64,000 nucleotides of DNA from an uncultured Eubacteriales bacterium (GCA_902798825.1 CADBYI010000014.1:6669-70668); one strand, 5' to 3'; positions 15,533 through 24,678 are shown, counted from the first letter of the stretch. The notes: generated by a model from the letters alone, not told the origin. A program made the numbers and translations.

Positions 15533-16801
15533 ATGCGCGACATCATTTTGAACGCCTTGCAGGCGCTGCAAATCACAAACTATCAGATCGAGGAGAACGA
15601 GACGGAATCCGCGGAGCTGTTCTTCATCAAAAAGACCCTGGATATGCGCCGCATGAAGCGTACCAAGGGCTACGCCGTCACCGTCTATCGGGACTTTGAA
15701 GCAGAGGGACGACGGTTCCGGGGCATGTCCACCGCCCAGATTTTTGAAAGCATGACCCCCGCAGAGGTGGAAAAGAGCCTGCAGGGGGCCTGGTTCGCCG
15801 CCCAGTTCGTGAAGAACCCCTTTTTCGAGCTGTATGCGGGGCAGAAGGAGCCCCCTGTGGAGATGCCCTCCACATTGGCGGATCGACCCTTGGCGGAGAA
15901 CGCCCTTTTGATGGCGGAGGCCCTTTTTGCCGCCGACACCGCCCAGGACGCCTTTGTCAACAGCGCGGAGATATTCGCCGTCAAAAGCCGCAAGGCCATT
16001 CTTTCCAGCGCGGGCACGGACGTGGCCTATACCCGCTATGAGGTGAAGGGGGAGTTCGTGACCCAATGCAAGGCCCCCCAGGATGTGGAGCAGTATTTCC
16101 AGTTCAGCTATGGGGAGTTGAACACCGAGGCCCTCACCGAAAAGACCAAGGGGGCCATCGCCGCGGTCCGGGATCGGGCGGCGGCCCAGAAGTCCCCCAA
16201 GGCCGGGACCTATGACCTGGTCCTTTCCGGCGATCAGGTGGCCACGCTGATGGAATACTACGCAGAGCGGTCGTTGGCGCCCTACGTCTACGCCCGCTAT
16301 TCCGACTGGACCGTGGGAAAGCCCGTCCAGGGGGCGAATGTGCAGGGGGAGAAGCTGAACGTGACGCTGCTGCCCCTCTCTCCCTATTCCGACGAGGGCA
16401 TCCCCATGGTGGCGCGGCCCCTGGTGACGGACGGGGCCCTGCAGCTCATCCACGGCGCCAACCGGTTCTGCCAGTATCTGGGCATCCAGCCCACGGGCTA
16501 CTATGAGCGCATGGGCCTGGACAACGGCACCGTGCCCCTGAAGACCCTGCAAAAGGGGTGCCTATGCCCCGTGTCCTTCTCCGATTTCCAGATGGACGCC
16601 TTCACGGGCCACTTCGGCGGGGAGATCCGCCTGGCCTACCTGTACACCGAGGAGGGCGTGGAGATCCTTACCGGCGGCTCCGTCAACGGGAGCCTGCCCG
16701 AGAAGCAAGGAAAACTGATCTTCTCCACCGAGCGCTACGACACCCTCGCCTACACCGGTCCCTTCGCCGTGAAGATCGAGGGCGTGGAAGTGGCGGGATA
16801 A
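15533..16801 (+). CDS. TldE/PmbA-family protein (non-catalytic TldD partner)
   Basis: 422 aa directly after tldD. PmbA/TldD fold signature at the C-terminus (GGSVNGS...) and no HExxxH. Confidence 0.7.
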   Translation: MRDIILNALQALQITNYQIEENETESAELFFIKKTLDMRRMKRTKGYAVTVYRDFEAEGRRFRGMSTAQIFESMTPAEVEKSLQGAWFAAQFVKNPFFELYAGQKEPPVEMPSTLADRPLAENALLMAEALFAADTAQDAFVNSAEIFAVKSRKAILSSAGTDVAYTRYEVKGEFVTQCKAPQDVEQYFQFSYGELNTEALTEKTKGAIAAVRDRAAAQKSPKAGTYDLVLSGDQVATLMEYYAERSLAPYVYARYSDWTVGKPVQGANVQGEKLNVTLLPLSPYSDEGIPMVARPLVTDGALQLIHGANRFCQYLGIQPTGYYERMGLDNGTVPLKTLQKGCLCPVSFSDFQMDAFTGHFGGEIRLAYLYTEEGVEILTGGSVNGSLPEKQGKLIFSTERYDTLAYTGPFAVKIEGVEVAG

Positions 16802-16821
16802 GGCAGGCGAAGCGAAACACC

Positions 16822-17961
16822 ATGAAACGGATCCTGCGGTTTCTGAAAAGGGAGCCCATGCTCACCGTGTCGCTGCTGGCGGCGGCGGTGGCGCTGCTCA
16901 TCACCCCGCCCACGAAGCGGCTCGTTTCGGACATCGACTGGCGGACACTGGGGACGCTGCTCATGATGCTGTGCGTGCTGGAGGGGTTCAAAAAGGAGAA
17001 CGTGCTGCGGCCGCTGGTGGCCTTAGCCTCCAACCTGCAGCGGATGACGGCCATGAGCCTGTTTCTCATCTTCGGCGTGTTCTTCTCCTCCATGTTCGTC
17101 ACCAACGACGTGTCGCTGATCATCTTCGTGCCGGTGACCATCCTGCTGTTCCGGGAAGGGGGGAAGGAGCAGTACATCCTGCCCGTCATCACCCTGGAGA
17201 ACATCGCCGCCGTCCGGGGCTCCCTGCTGACCCCCTTCGGCAGCCCCCAAAACCTGTTTCTCTACGGCCAGTCCGGGGTCGGCGCCGGCCGGTTCCTGCT
17301 GCATATGCTGCCCCTTTGCGCCCTGTCCGCGGTGCTGCTGGTGGTCTTCGTGTTCGTGCTGTATCGGAAGGACCCCCGGGAGCGGATCGAAGCCGGAGCG
17401 AAGCTGGCCCCCTGGGGGCCTGAGGGCAGGATCAGACGGGTGGTATATCTCGTTCTGTTCCTGCTGATCATCGGGGTCATCGTGTCCCGGACCAGCCTTT
17501 GGCCGTTTGCCGTGCTGCTGGTGGTGGGGGCCATCCTGGCGGTAGATCGAAAGCTCCTTATGCAGGTGGACTATGTGCTGATCTTCACCTTCCTGTGCTT
17601 CTTCGTGTTCTCCTCCTCCATCGCCGCCAACGAGGGTATCGCGGCGTTCCTCCAGCGGGCGGTGGCGAACCACGAATACTGGTGGGCCATCGGCCTGAGC
17701 CAGCTCATCTCCAACGTGCCGGCGTCCATCGTGCTCTATCCCTTCACGCAGAATTTCGCCGGCCTCATCTACGGGGCGGACACGGCGGGCCTCTGCTCCC
17801 TGATCGGCTCCTTGGCTTCCGTGATCAACTACCGCATCTACGTCCGGGAATATCCCGGAAACGGGGGCCGGTTCATCAGGACCTTCACCCTCATCAGCTG
17901 GGCCTTCTTCCTGCTGGTGGTGATCCCCGGGTATCTGCTCAGCTTCTGGCCCTTCTTCTAA
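16822..17961 (+). CDS. anion permease (ArsB/NhaD, citrate-transporter-like superfamily)
   Basis: ATG at 16822 (MKRILRFLKREPML). The upstream part of ORF 16558 overlaps tldE and is Arg/Pro-rich noise. About 10 TM segments. Confidence 0.7.
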   Translation: MKRILRFLKREPMLTVSLLAAAVALLITPPTKRLVSDIDWRTLGTLLMMLCVLEGFKKENVLRPLVALASNLQRMTAMSLFLIFGVFFSSMFVTNDVSLIIFVPVTILLFREGGKEQYILPVITLENIAAVRGSLLTPFGSPQNLFLYGQSGVGAGRFLLHMLPLCALSAVLLVVFVFVLYRKDPRERIEAGAKLAPWGPEGRIRRVVYLVLFLLIIGVIVSRTSLWPFAVLLVVGAILAVDRKLLMQVDYVLIFTFLCFFVFSSSIAANEGIAAFLQRAVANHEYWWAIGLSQLISNVPASIVLYPFTQNFAGLIYGADTAGLCSLIGSLASVINYRIYVREYPGNGGRFIRTFTLISWAFFLLVVIPGYLLSFWPFF

Positions 17962-18035
17962 GATAAGATGCGAAATACCCCCCTCCGTTCGGGAGGGGGG
18001 TATCCTTTGCGTCCGGGGCTTTGCCCAGGACTTGG

Positions 18036-18608
18036 TTACTTTTTCATCCATCCGGCGCCGGCGTGCCAGGCCCGGCCGGCCTGCTCACCGGTCACATAGT
18101 AGCCGTTCTGGAACTGATCGAAGATGAGGGCGTCCAGTTTGGTGGGGTTCACCTTGCCGTTGGGGTCCAGGATCTTCTCTTCGGCGGCTACGTTCACGAT
18201 CTTGCCCACGATGCAATAGAAGCTGTCGTTGCTGACCACGTCATTGAGCTCGCATTCCATGACCACCGGGAACTCCTCGATGACGGGGGCGTTGACGAAT
18301 TCGCTCTTTGCGGCGTGATAGCCCGTGCGCGCGAACTTGTCGGGCATCTTGTTGCCGGTGGCGATGCCGAAGAAATCCGCCACGTCCATGTGTGCCCGGT
18401 CCGCGATGGACACGGTGAAGGCCTTGGTTTTCAGCAGATTCTGGGTGGTCTTGTGATCCTCGTCGATGAACAGGGCGATCTTGTCCATGGCGCAGATCAT
18501 GCCCCAGGCCGCGTTCATCACGTTCACCGTGCCGTTCTCGTCATAGGCCGCCACCATGAGCACGGGCATGGGGTACACCGCCGGGACGACGCCTAAATTT
18601 TTCTTCAT
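18036..18608 (-). CDS. flavin reductase family protein
   Basis: Starts MKKNLGVVPAVYPMPVLMVAAYDENG. The ATG at 18608 is preceded by AAGGAAGG. Confidence 0.75.
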   Translation of the reverse strand: MKKNLGVVPAVYPMPVLMVAAYDENGTVNVMNAAWGMICAMDKIALFIDEDHKTTQNLLKTKAFTVSIADRAHMDVADFFGIATGNKMPDKFARTGYHAAKSEFVNAPVIEEFPVVMECELNDVVSNDSFYCIVGKIVNVAAEEKILDPNGKVNPTKLDALIFDQFQNGYYVTGEQAGRAWHAGAGWMKK

Positions 18609-18714
18609 ACCATTTCCTTCCTTTCTGTTGCTTTTGTTACGGGAGCATGGTATCATGGCTGGGAAAGAATAGCAAGTACCATCTTTTACGTCAGGTACTT
18701 ACCTGGAGGAAAGC

Positions 18715-19047
18715 ATGAACGCAGGCGGCATCGAAAACGCAAACTTCGACGAGACCGGCTACAGCTACACCCTGTCCCTGATCGCCGGGAAGTATAAGCC
18801 GGTGATCCTCTATTGCCTGATGGAGTATGAACCGGTACGGTTCAACGAGCTCCAGCGGTATCTTAAGAAGGTGGCGGACAAGACCCTGAGCCGGAACTTG
18901 AAGGAGCTGGAGGCGGACGACCTCATTCGCCGGGTGGTCTATCCCCAGATCCCGCCCCGGGTGGAATACTCCCTGACGGACAGGGGCCACTCCCTGGTCC
19001 AGGTGCTGGACAAGCTCTGCCTCTGGGGGATCGAAAACAGACGGTAA
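18715..19047 (+). CDS. HxlR-family winged-helix transcriptional regulator
   Basis: 110 aa with KYKPVILYCLMEYEPVRFNELQR...RVEYSLTDRG. Divergent from the flavin reductase gene. Confidence 0.8.
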   Translation: MNAGGIENANFDETGYSYTLSLIAGKYKPVILYCLMEYEPVRFNELQRYLKKVADKTLSRNLKELEADDLIRRVVYPQIPPRVEYSLTDRGHSLVQVLDKLCLWGIENRR

Positions 19048-19093
19048 ACTGTCCCGACAGGGGGACTTTCCGACATGAAGGAGGATTTGAATC

Positions 19094-19267
19094 ATGGAAA
19101 AAAGCAGCAATCAGACGATCATCAAAAAAACGGTCAACACCGGCATCACCTTCGGCAGCGCACTGGCCATGGTGATCAGCTACACCGCGTGGAAGTCCAT
19201 CGGCTGGGCCATCGTCCATGGGCTTCTGAGCTGGGCGTACGTGATCTACTACATCATCCGGTACTGA
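19094..19267 (+). CDS. small two-TM membrane protein (57 aa), absent from the ORF track
   Basis: AAGGAGG lies 9 nt upstream of the ATG. Translation is MEKSSNQTIIKKTVNTGITFGSALAMVISYTAWKSIGWAIVHGLLSWAYVIYYIIRY. Codons are GC3-rich, like the neighbouring genes. Confidence 0.6.
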   Translation: MEKSSNQTIIKKTVNTGITFGSALAMVISYTAWKSIGWAIVHGLLSWAYVIYYIIRY

Positions 19268-19352
19268 ATCCCTGTTACGCACAGCCATTTCTCATGTGAA
19301 AGGGAAACGATGAGAAATACCGGTCCGCCTGGGGCGGGCCGGTATGCTTCGC

Positions 19353-20039
19353 TTACAGCAGTTCCGGTATCTGCTGCAGATTCTGTATCTCAAAGCTGAT
19401 GGCCATATCCGCGGGCCTAGGGAGGCGGTTTGGGTTGTACCAGCAGGTGGGGATGCCTGCATCCAGGCCCCCCTTCATGTCACTGGTCAGAGAATCCCCC
19501 ACGATCAGCATATCCGATCTTGACACCCCCGGCAGGGCGGCGAAGACCTTTTCAAAGAACCGGGGGCTGGGCTTCTCGGCTCCCAGCTGCTCCGAGAGGA
19601 AGACCCCCTCCATCCATCGGCCGAGCCCGGATCGAGCCAGCTTTCGGGTCTGGGCGATGACGGTGCCGTTGGACACCACGTACTGCTTTACCCTGCCGTG
19701 AAGGGATTTCACCAGGTTCAGGCTGTCGTCCCGATAGACCACCGTGTCCCCCAGGGCGATCTGGTACCGGGCGTTGAAGGGCTCCGCCAGATCGGGGTCG
19801 ATCCCCAGCTCCGAGAAAAAGTCCCGATACCGGCCCACCAGCACCTCCGCCTTGGTGATTTCGCCCCGCTCCAGCCGCTTCCAGTAAGCGTCGTTGATAG
19901 CGGAATACCGGGCCACCATGTCGTCCGTACATACCCCCAGACCGAACTCGATGAACAGCTTCTTTACGGCCGCCTTCTCCGCCTCAAGAAAGTCCAGCAG
20001 CGTCCCGTCCACGTCCCATAGGATCGCCTGTATCGCCAT
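19353..20039 (-). CDS. HAD-IA family hydrolase (YjjG-like nucleotidase)
   Basis: DVDGTLLDF motif I and VGDSLTSDMKGG motif. Confidence 0.75.
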   Translation of the reverse strand: MAIQAILWDVDGTLLDFLEAEKAAVKKLFIEFGLGVCTDDMVARYSAINDAYWKRLERGEITKAEVLVGRYRDFFSELGIDPDLAEPFNARYQIALGDTVVYRDDSLNLVKSLHGRVKQYVVSNGTVIAQTRKLARSGLGRWMEGVFLSEQLGAEKPSPRFFEKVFAALPGVSRSDMLIVGDSLTSDMKGGLDAGIPTCWYNPNRLPRPADMAISFEIQNLQQIPELL

Positions 20040-20126
20040 ATCCTTTGCCCCTTTGCCTTGATACCTCTACTATACAGGAATAGTATGTGATGCGCCAGCC
20101 CCCAAAGGAAAGAAAGCCGGTTTCGC

Positions 20127-20155
20127 TTTACAATTGCCGGCGTTTCGCGTATACT
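20127..20155 (+). promoter_or_regulatory. candidate sigma-70 promoter for the peptidase operon
   Basis: TTTACA - 17 nt - TATACT, about 30 nt upstream of the AGGAGG RBS and the ATG at 20187. Confidence 0.45.
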
Positions 20156-20186
20156 GACGGGGAATGCAAGCATATAGGAGGAAGAT

Positions 20187-21557
20187 ATGGAACGGGTCAA
20201 CGCATGGACTACCTACAACAAACGGGAAGAGAAGAAGGTCATGGACCTGGGCAAGGCCTATCGGGCCTTTTTGGACAACAGCAAGACCGAGCGTGAGTGC
20301 GCTCGGGAGACCATCCGCCGGGCCCAGAAAGCCGGCTACGTGGACCTGGATAAGGTCAAAAGCCTGAAGGCCGGGGACCGGGTGTACGTGAACACCATGA
20401 ACAAGGCCGTCCAGCTCTACATCATTGGCGCCCAGCCCCTTGAAAAGGGCCTGAACATCGTGGGCGCCCACATCGACAGCCCCCGGATGGACCTGAAGCA
20501 GAATCCCCTCTATGAGGACACGGATTTGGCATATCTGGACACCCACTACTACGGCGGCATCAAAAAGTATCAATGGGTCACCCTGCCCCTGGCCCTTCAC
20601 GGCGTGGTCGTGAAGAAGGACGGCACCGTGGTGGACGTGATCGTGGGCGAGGACGAGGCCGACCCGGTGGTGGGCATCTCCGACCTTTTGATCCACCTGT
20701 CCGCCACCCAGATGGACAAGAAGGCCTCCGTGGTCATCGAGGGCGAGGCCCTGGACGTGATCGTGGGGGGCAAGCCCCAGAAGGATGTGGAAAAGGAGCC
20801 CGTGAAGGCCGCCGTCCTGGCCCTGTTGAAGGAGAAGTACGGCATGGAGGAGGAGGACTTCCTCTCCGCCGAGATCGAGGTGGTCCCCGCGGGCAAGAGC
20901 CGTGATTTCGGCTTGGACCGCAGCATGATCATGGGCTACGGCCACGACGATCGGGTCTGCGCCTACGCCGAGATCGAGGCCATGTTCCAAATCACCGGCA
21001 CCCCCCAGCACACCTGCTGCTGCATCCTGGCCGACAAGGAGGAGATCGGCAGCGTGGGCGCCACGGGCATGCAGGCTCGGTACTTTGAGAACGCCGTGGC
21101 CGAGATCATGGACAAGGTTGGCGATTATTCCGAGCTGAAGCTGCGCCGGGCCCTGCAGAACAGCCGCATGCTCTCCTGCGACGTGAGCGCGGGCTTTGAT
21201 CCCACCTACGCCGCCATGTTCGAAAAGAAGAACGCCGCCTATCTGGGCCGGGGCGTCTGCTTCAACAAGTACACCGGCGCCCGGGGCAAGTCCGGCAGCA
21301 ACGACGCCAACGCCGAGTATATGGGCCGGCTCCGCGCCATCATGGACGAGGGCAAGGTCTGCTTCCAGACGGCAGAGCTGGGGAAGGTGGACCAAGGCGG
21401 CGGCGGCACCATCGCCTACATCTGCGCCCTCTACGGCATGAACGTCATCGACAGCGGCGTGGCGGTGCTCTCCATGCACGCCCCCTGGGAGATCATCAGC
21501 AAGGCGGACCTCTTTGAGGCCGTCAAGGCATACAACGCCTTCCTGCTGAAGGCCTGA
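20187..21557 (+). CDS. M18-family aminopeptidase
   Basis: 456 aa with GAHIDSPRMDLK, GYGHDDR and SMHAP motifs. Confidence 0.8.
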   Translation: MERVNAWTTYNKREEKKVMDLGKAYRAFLDNSKTERECARETIRRAQKAGYVDLDKVKSLKAGDRVYVNTMNKAVQLYIIGAQPLEKGLNIVGAHIDSPRMDLKQNPLYEDTDLAYLDTHYYGGIKKYQWVTLPLALHGVVVKKDGTVVDVIVGEDEADPVVGISDLLIHLSATQMDKKASVVIEGEALDVIVGGKPQKDVEKEPVKAAVLALLKEKYGMEEEDFLSAEIEVVPAGKSRDFGLDRSMIMGYGHDDRVCAYAEIEAMFQITGTPQHTCCCILADKEEIGSVGATGMQARYFENAVAEIMDKVGDYSELKLRRALQNSRMLSCDVSAGFDPTYAAMFEKKNAAYLGRGVCFNKYTGARGKSGSNDANAEYMGRLRAIMDEGKVCFQTAELGKVDQGGGGTIAYICALYGMNVIDSGVAVLSMHAPWEIISKADLFEAVKAYNAFLLKA

Positions 21558-21558
21558 T

Positions 21559-22350
21559 ATGCGGCTGACCGTTCTCTCCGACAACAACACCCTCATCGAC
21601 AAATACCTGCTGGGGGAGCCGGGCTTCTCCTGCCTCGTGGAGGCGGAGGGGAAGCGGTTCCTGCTGGACACGGGCTATTTCGGCGTCTTCGCCCGGAACG
21701 CGGAGGAGCTGGGGATCAGCTGGCGGGACGTGGATGGCGTGGTCCTCTCCCATTGTCACGACGACCACACCAAGGGGCTGGCGCTCTTCTTCACCGAGGG
21801 GCCCAGGCCCCGGCTGGTGGCCCACCCGAGCCTGTTTCGCCGGGTCACGTCCCGGGGGCTGGACATCGGCTGCCCCTATCCAAGATCCCGGCTGGAGCGG
21901 TATTTCGATCTGTCCCTCACCGCAGACCTTCTGGCCCTGACGGAGAATCTGTTCTATCTGGGGGCCATCCCCCGGAGGGACCCCCTGGATCAGGACCCGG
22001 CCCAGCGGCAGGGGGAGGCGGGGCCGGACCTGACCTTAGACGACACGGCCCTGGCCTACCGGGGCCGGGAGGGGGTCTACGTCATCACCGGCTGCTCCCA
22101 CAGCGGCATCTGCAACATCGTCGAGCAGGCAAAGCGCATCACGGGCCAAAGCCGGGTCTTGGGCGTCATCGGCGGCTTTCACCTGCGGCAGATGGACCAG
22201 CGGTCGGCGCGGGCCATCGCCTATTTGAAGGGGGAGAATATCCCGAACCTGTATCCCTGCCACTGTACGGCCCTGGCCGTGAAGGTGGCCATGGGGCAAC
22301 AGATGCACATCGAAGAAGTGGGGGCGGGCACCAGCCTGACATGGGAATGA
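21559..22350 (+). CDS. MBL-fold metallo-hydrolase
   Basis: HCHDDH motif. The start lies 2 nt after the upstream stop. Confidence 0.75.
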   Translation: MRLTVLSDNNTLIDKYLLGEPGFSCLVEAEGKRFLLDTGYFGVFARNAEELGISWRDVDGVVLSHCHDDHTKGLALFFTEGPRPRLVAHPSLFRRVTSRGLDIGCPYPRSRLERYFDLSLTADLLALTENLFYLGAIPRRDPLDQDPAQRQGEAGPDLTLDDTALAYRGREGVYVITGCSHSGICNIVEQAKRITGQSRVLGVIGGFHLRQMDQRSARAIAYLKGENIPNLYPCHCTALAVKVAMGQQMHIEEVGAGTSLTWE

Positions 22351-23582
22351 AGGAGCAAAAGCAGCGCATCTTTGACCGGATCGATCAAAACGCGGACGCC
22401 ATCCGGCAGCGGAGCCGGCGGCTCTTTGACACCCCGGAGCTGGGGTATCGGGAGTTCGAGACCGGCCGCCTCATTCAGGACTGGCTTACGGACTGGGGCG
22501 TCGCCTGGACGCCCGTGAGCTATACTGGCCTCCTGGTCACCCTGGGGGCGGGCGAACCCGTGGTGGCGGTGGTGGCGGACATGGACGGCCTCCCCCAAAA
22601 GGCGGGGGCGGGCCGCATCCACTCCTGCGGCCACAGCCTCCAGGTCTCGGCGGCCCTGGCGCTGATCGAGGCGTTGAAGGACGAGCCCCTGAAGGGCACG
22701 GTGAAGGTGATCTTCACCCCGGCGGAGGAGATGATCGAATGGGACTACCGCCAGAGACTGATCGCCCAGGGCCTGGTGCAATACCCCTCCGGCAAGCAGG
22801 ACATGATCGCAAAAGGCGTCTTCGACCACGTGGACTGCGTCCTCTCCTGCCACGCCTCCGGGGAACCAAACTGCCGGTTCGACGTGGGCTCCACATTGAA
22901 GGGGTTCGTGATCCTAAAGGCCGTCTATCGGGGCCTGGGCGCCCATGCGGGGGCGGCCCCCTTCGCGGGGAAGAACGCCCTTCACGCCGCCCTGGTGGCC
23001 CAAACGGCCATCGCCTTTTTGAAGGATCGGTTCGACCCCGACGACGGGGTGAACGTGCAGCCCGTGCTCTCCGAGACGGCGGGCACGGTGAACATCGTGC
23101 CCGATCACGCCGTGGTGGAGACCTACGTTCGGGCCAAGAGGGAGGGAGCCCTGCTCGCTGCCGCGGACTTGGTGGAAAACTGCCTGAAAAAGTGCGGCGA
23201 GGCCATGGACGTGGAGACGGAGGTCATCCGCCGTCCGGGCTTTTTGCCCCTGTCCCAGAGCCGGGAGATCAACCGTTTGGTAAAGGAAAACATGCTCCTT
23301 CTGTGCCGGGAAGGGGACATACGGGAAAATCTTGTCTCCGGCGCCTCCGGGGACGTGGGGGATCTGGGGGCCCTGCTGCCCACGATCCAGTTCGGCTTCA
23401 CCGGCGTTTCGGGCCGGTTCCATGGGGACGACTTCACCGTGACGGACGAGGAGAACGCCTGCCTCTGTCCGCCAAAGATATTGGCGGGGACCGTTCTGGA
23501 CTTGCTGGCTCGTCCCGTCTCCGGCCGGGAGGGCTTCGCCGCCCGCAAGGCCGAGTATCTAAGGACCTGGCTGGGCATGTAA
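22347..23582 (+). CDS. M20-family amidohydrolase/peptidase
   Basis: Starts MKEQKQRIFDRID...ELGYREFET and carries HSCGHS. ATGA start/stop overlap with the MBL gene; an in-frame ATG at 22341 is an alternative start. Confidence 0.75.
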   Translation: MKEQKQRIFDRIDQNADAIRQRSRRLFDTPELGYREFETGRLIQDWLTDWGVAWTPVSYTGLLVTLGAGEPVVAVVADMDGLPQKAGAGRIHSCGHSLQVSAALALIEALKDEPLKGTVKVIFTPAEEMIEWDYRQRLIAQGLVQYPSGKQDMIAKGVFDHVDCVLSCHASGEPNCRFDVGSTLKGFVILKAVYRGLGAHAGAAPFAGKNALHAALVAQTAIAFLKDRFDPDDGVNVQPVLSETAGTVNIVPDHAVVETYVRAKREGALLAAADLVENCLKKCGEAMDVETEVIRRPGFLPLSQSREINRLVKENMLLLCREGDIRENLVSGASGDVGDLGALLPTIQFGFTGVSGRFHGDDFTVTDEENACLCPPKILAGTVLDLLARPVSGREGFAARKAEYLRTWLGM

Positions 23583-23662
23583 AGGCATGGGCCTCTGCGC
23601 CGCTTGTCAGGACCGGCAGGGTATGATATGATGCTTCCATACACATAAAAGGGAGGCTATCC

Positions 23663-24232
23663 ATGGTCCCATCCGCCGTCATCAACGAAGCCATCGTATT
23701 CATCACCGTCCTTGCCATGGTCGTCCTCATCCGGCGGACGCCCCGGGAGAACCTGCCATCCTCCTTCCGCTACTTCACGGTGCTCTCCAACCTGTTCTGC
23801 GCCTTCACGGCCCTTGTCCTGCTCCTCTGCGAGCTCTTTAGCGCCATGCCCCTTTGGGCCACCGCCCTGAAATACATGGGGACCGTGTCCGTGACGGTGA
23901 CGCTGTTGACGGTGTTTCTGTTCCTGCTGCCTGTGTCGAAAAGTCTCGAGGGGCTGCTGAGCAATGGGCCGGAGATCATCATGCACCTGGTCACACCGCT
24001 GCTGGCCCTGATCTCCTTCCTGGGCTTCGAGGGCCGGGGCCTGTCCGCCTGGGTCATCCCTTTGGGTATTTTGCCCGTGCTCCTCTACGGGTGGCTATAT
24101 CTCAACAGGGTGGTGATGACCGGGGCATGGCCGGACATCTACGGCTTTAACAAAGACGGCAAGTGGAAGCTTAGCTTTTCCTTCATGATGGCGGGCACCG
24201 CCGCCGTGGCCCTGCTCCTGTGGGCCCTGTAG
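23663..24232 (+). CDS. hypothetical integral membrane protein (about 6 TM)
   Basis: GGGAGG RBS. 189 aa, hydrophobic throughout, with YFTVLSNL motif. Confidence 0.55.
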   Translation: MVPSAVINEAIVFITVLAMVVLIRRTPRENLPSSFRYFTVLSNLFCAFTALVLLLCELFSAMPLWATALKYMGTVSVTVTLLTVFLFLLPVSKSLEGLLSNGPEIIMHLVTPLLALISFLGFEGRGLSAWVIPLGILPVLLYGWLYLNRVVMTGAWPDIYGFNKDGKWKLSFSFMMAGTAAVALLLWAL

Positions 24233-24364
24233 GCTCCGATCGGATGGCAACGTCTGCTGACGCCATATCCTAAATGGCAAACATGGCCAAAACAGGGACA
24301 GGGACACATAAAAGGGAGAAGGAAGAGGAGTTCCCTAAAGGACAATTTTCAAACGATACAAGTG

Positions 24365-24400
24365 GGCGGAGGGAATACGACAATCCCTCTGCCTTTTTTT
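24365..24400 (+). terminator. intrinsic terminator
   Basis: ggcggagggaa / tccctctgcc stem followed by T7. Confidence 0.6.
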
Positions 24401-24445
24401 GTTGCTTAAATCCTCTGTGCAAGGGGTGAGAGCACGATTCAAAAG

Positions 24446-24566
24446 CCTTCCCCTTGAGGGGAAGGTGGCACAGCGTGAGCGAAGCCGGATGAGGTGGATA
24501 TCTAAAAGCATCAGCTCTTACGGATCGGACGAACGCATTGCGTTCGTTTCCCTGAACACCTCATCA
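24446..24566. repeat. nested-hairpin intergenic element (REP/MITE-like or small RNA)
   Basis: Three hairpins: ccttcccc-ttga-ggggaagg (24446-24465), an outer pair gatgaggtg (24488) / cacctcatc (24557), and an inner near-perfect palindrome acgaacgca-t-tgcgttcgt (24529-24547). Confidence 0.5.
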
Positions 24567-24603
24567 GTCGCCATGCGGAAGTGATGCGTGCGCTTCAGGC
24601 AAA

Positions 24604-24645
24604 CAAAAACCTTCCGAAAAGAAACTGTTTCCCGGAAGGTTCAAA
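24604..24645 (-). terminator. intrinsic terminator of the GNAT gene
   Basis: On the minus strand, aaccttccgg...tcggaaggtt stem followed by tttttgtttg. Confidence 0.6.
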
Positions 24646-24678
24646 TCCGTTTCATTCCGACAAACCGGAATTTGTCGC

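Noticed and set aside
14612-16552. 646-aa minus-strand ORF antisense to tldD/tldE
   Set aside because: Antisense artefact. The TldD HExxxH motif and the PmbA features lie on the plus strand.
16558-16821. N-terminal extensions of track ORFs that overlap upstream genes (16558 for the permease, 21753 for the M20 peptidase, 36576 for lysA, 57661 for the ATPase, 63732 for coaBC)
   Set aside because: The extensions are Arg/Pro/Gly-rich, lack an RBS and overlap the preceding gene or RNA element. Internal ATGs with GGAGG-type sites give proteins that begin where homologous families begin.
19075-19299. 74-aa ORF from the track (MKEDLNHGKKQQSDDHQKNGQHRHH...)
   Set aside because: Its ATG overlaps the RBS that serves the 19094 frame, and its translation is His/Arg/Gln-rich. 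The alternative frame gives a clean two-TM protein with genome-typical codon bias.
24399-24584. 61-aa ORF MLLKSSVQGVRARFKSLPLEGKVAQRERSRMRW...
   Set aside because: It has no RBS and runs straight through three hairpins of the intergenic element with an Arg/Ser-rich translation. It is better explained as a structured non-coding repeat.
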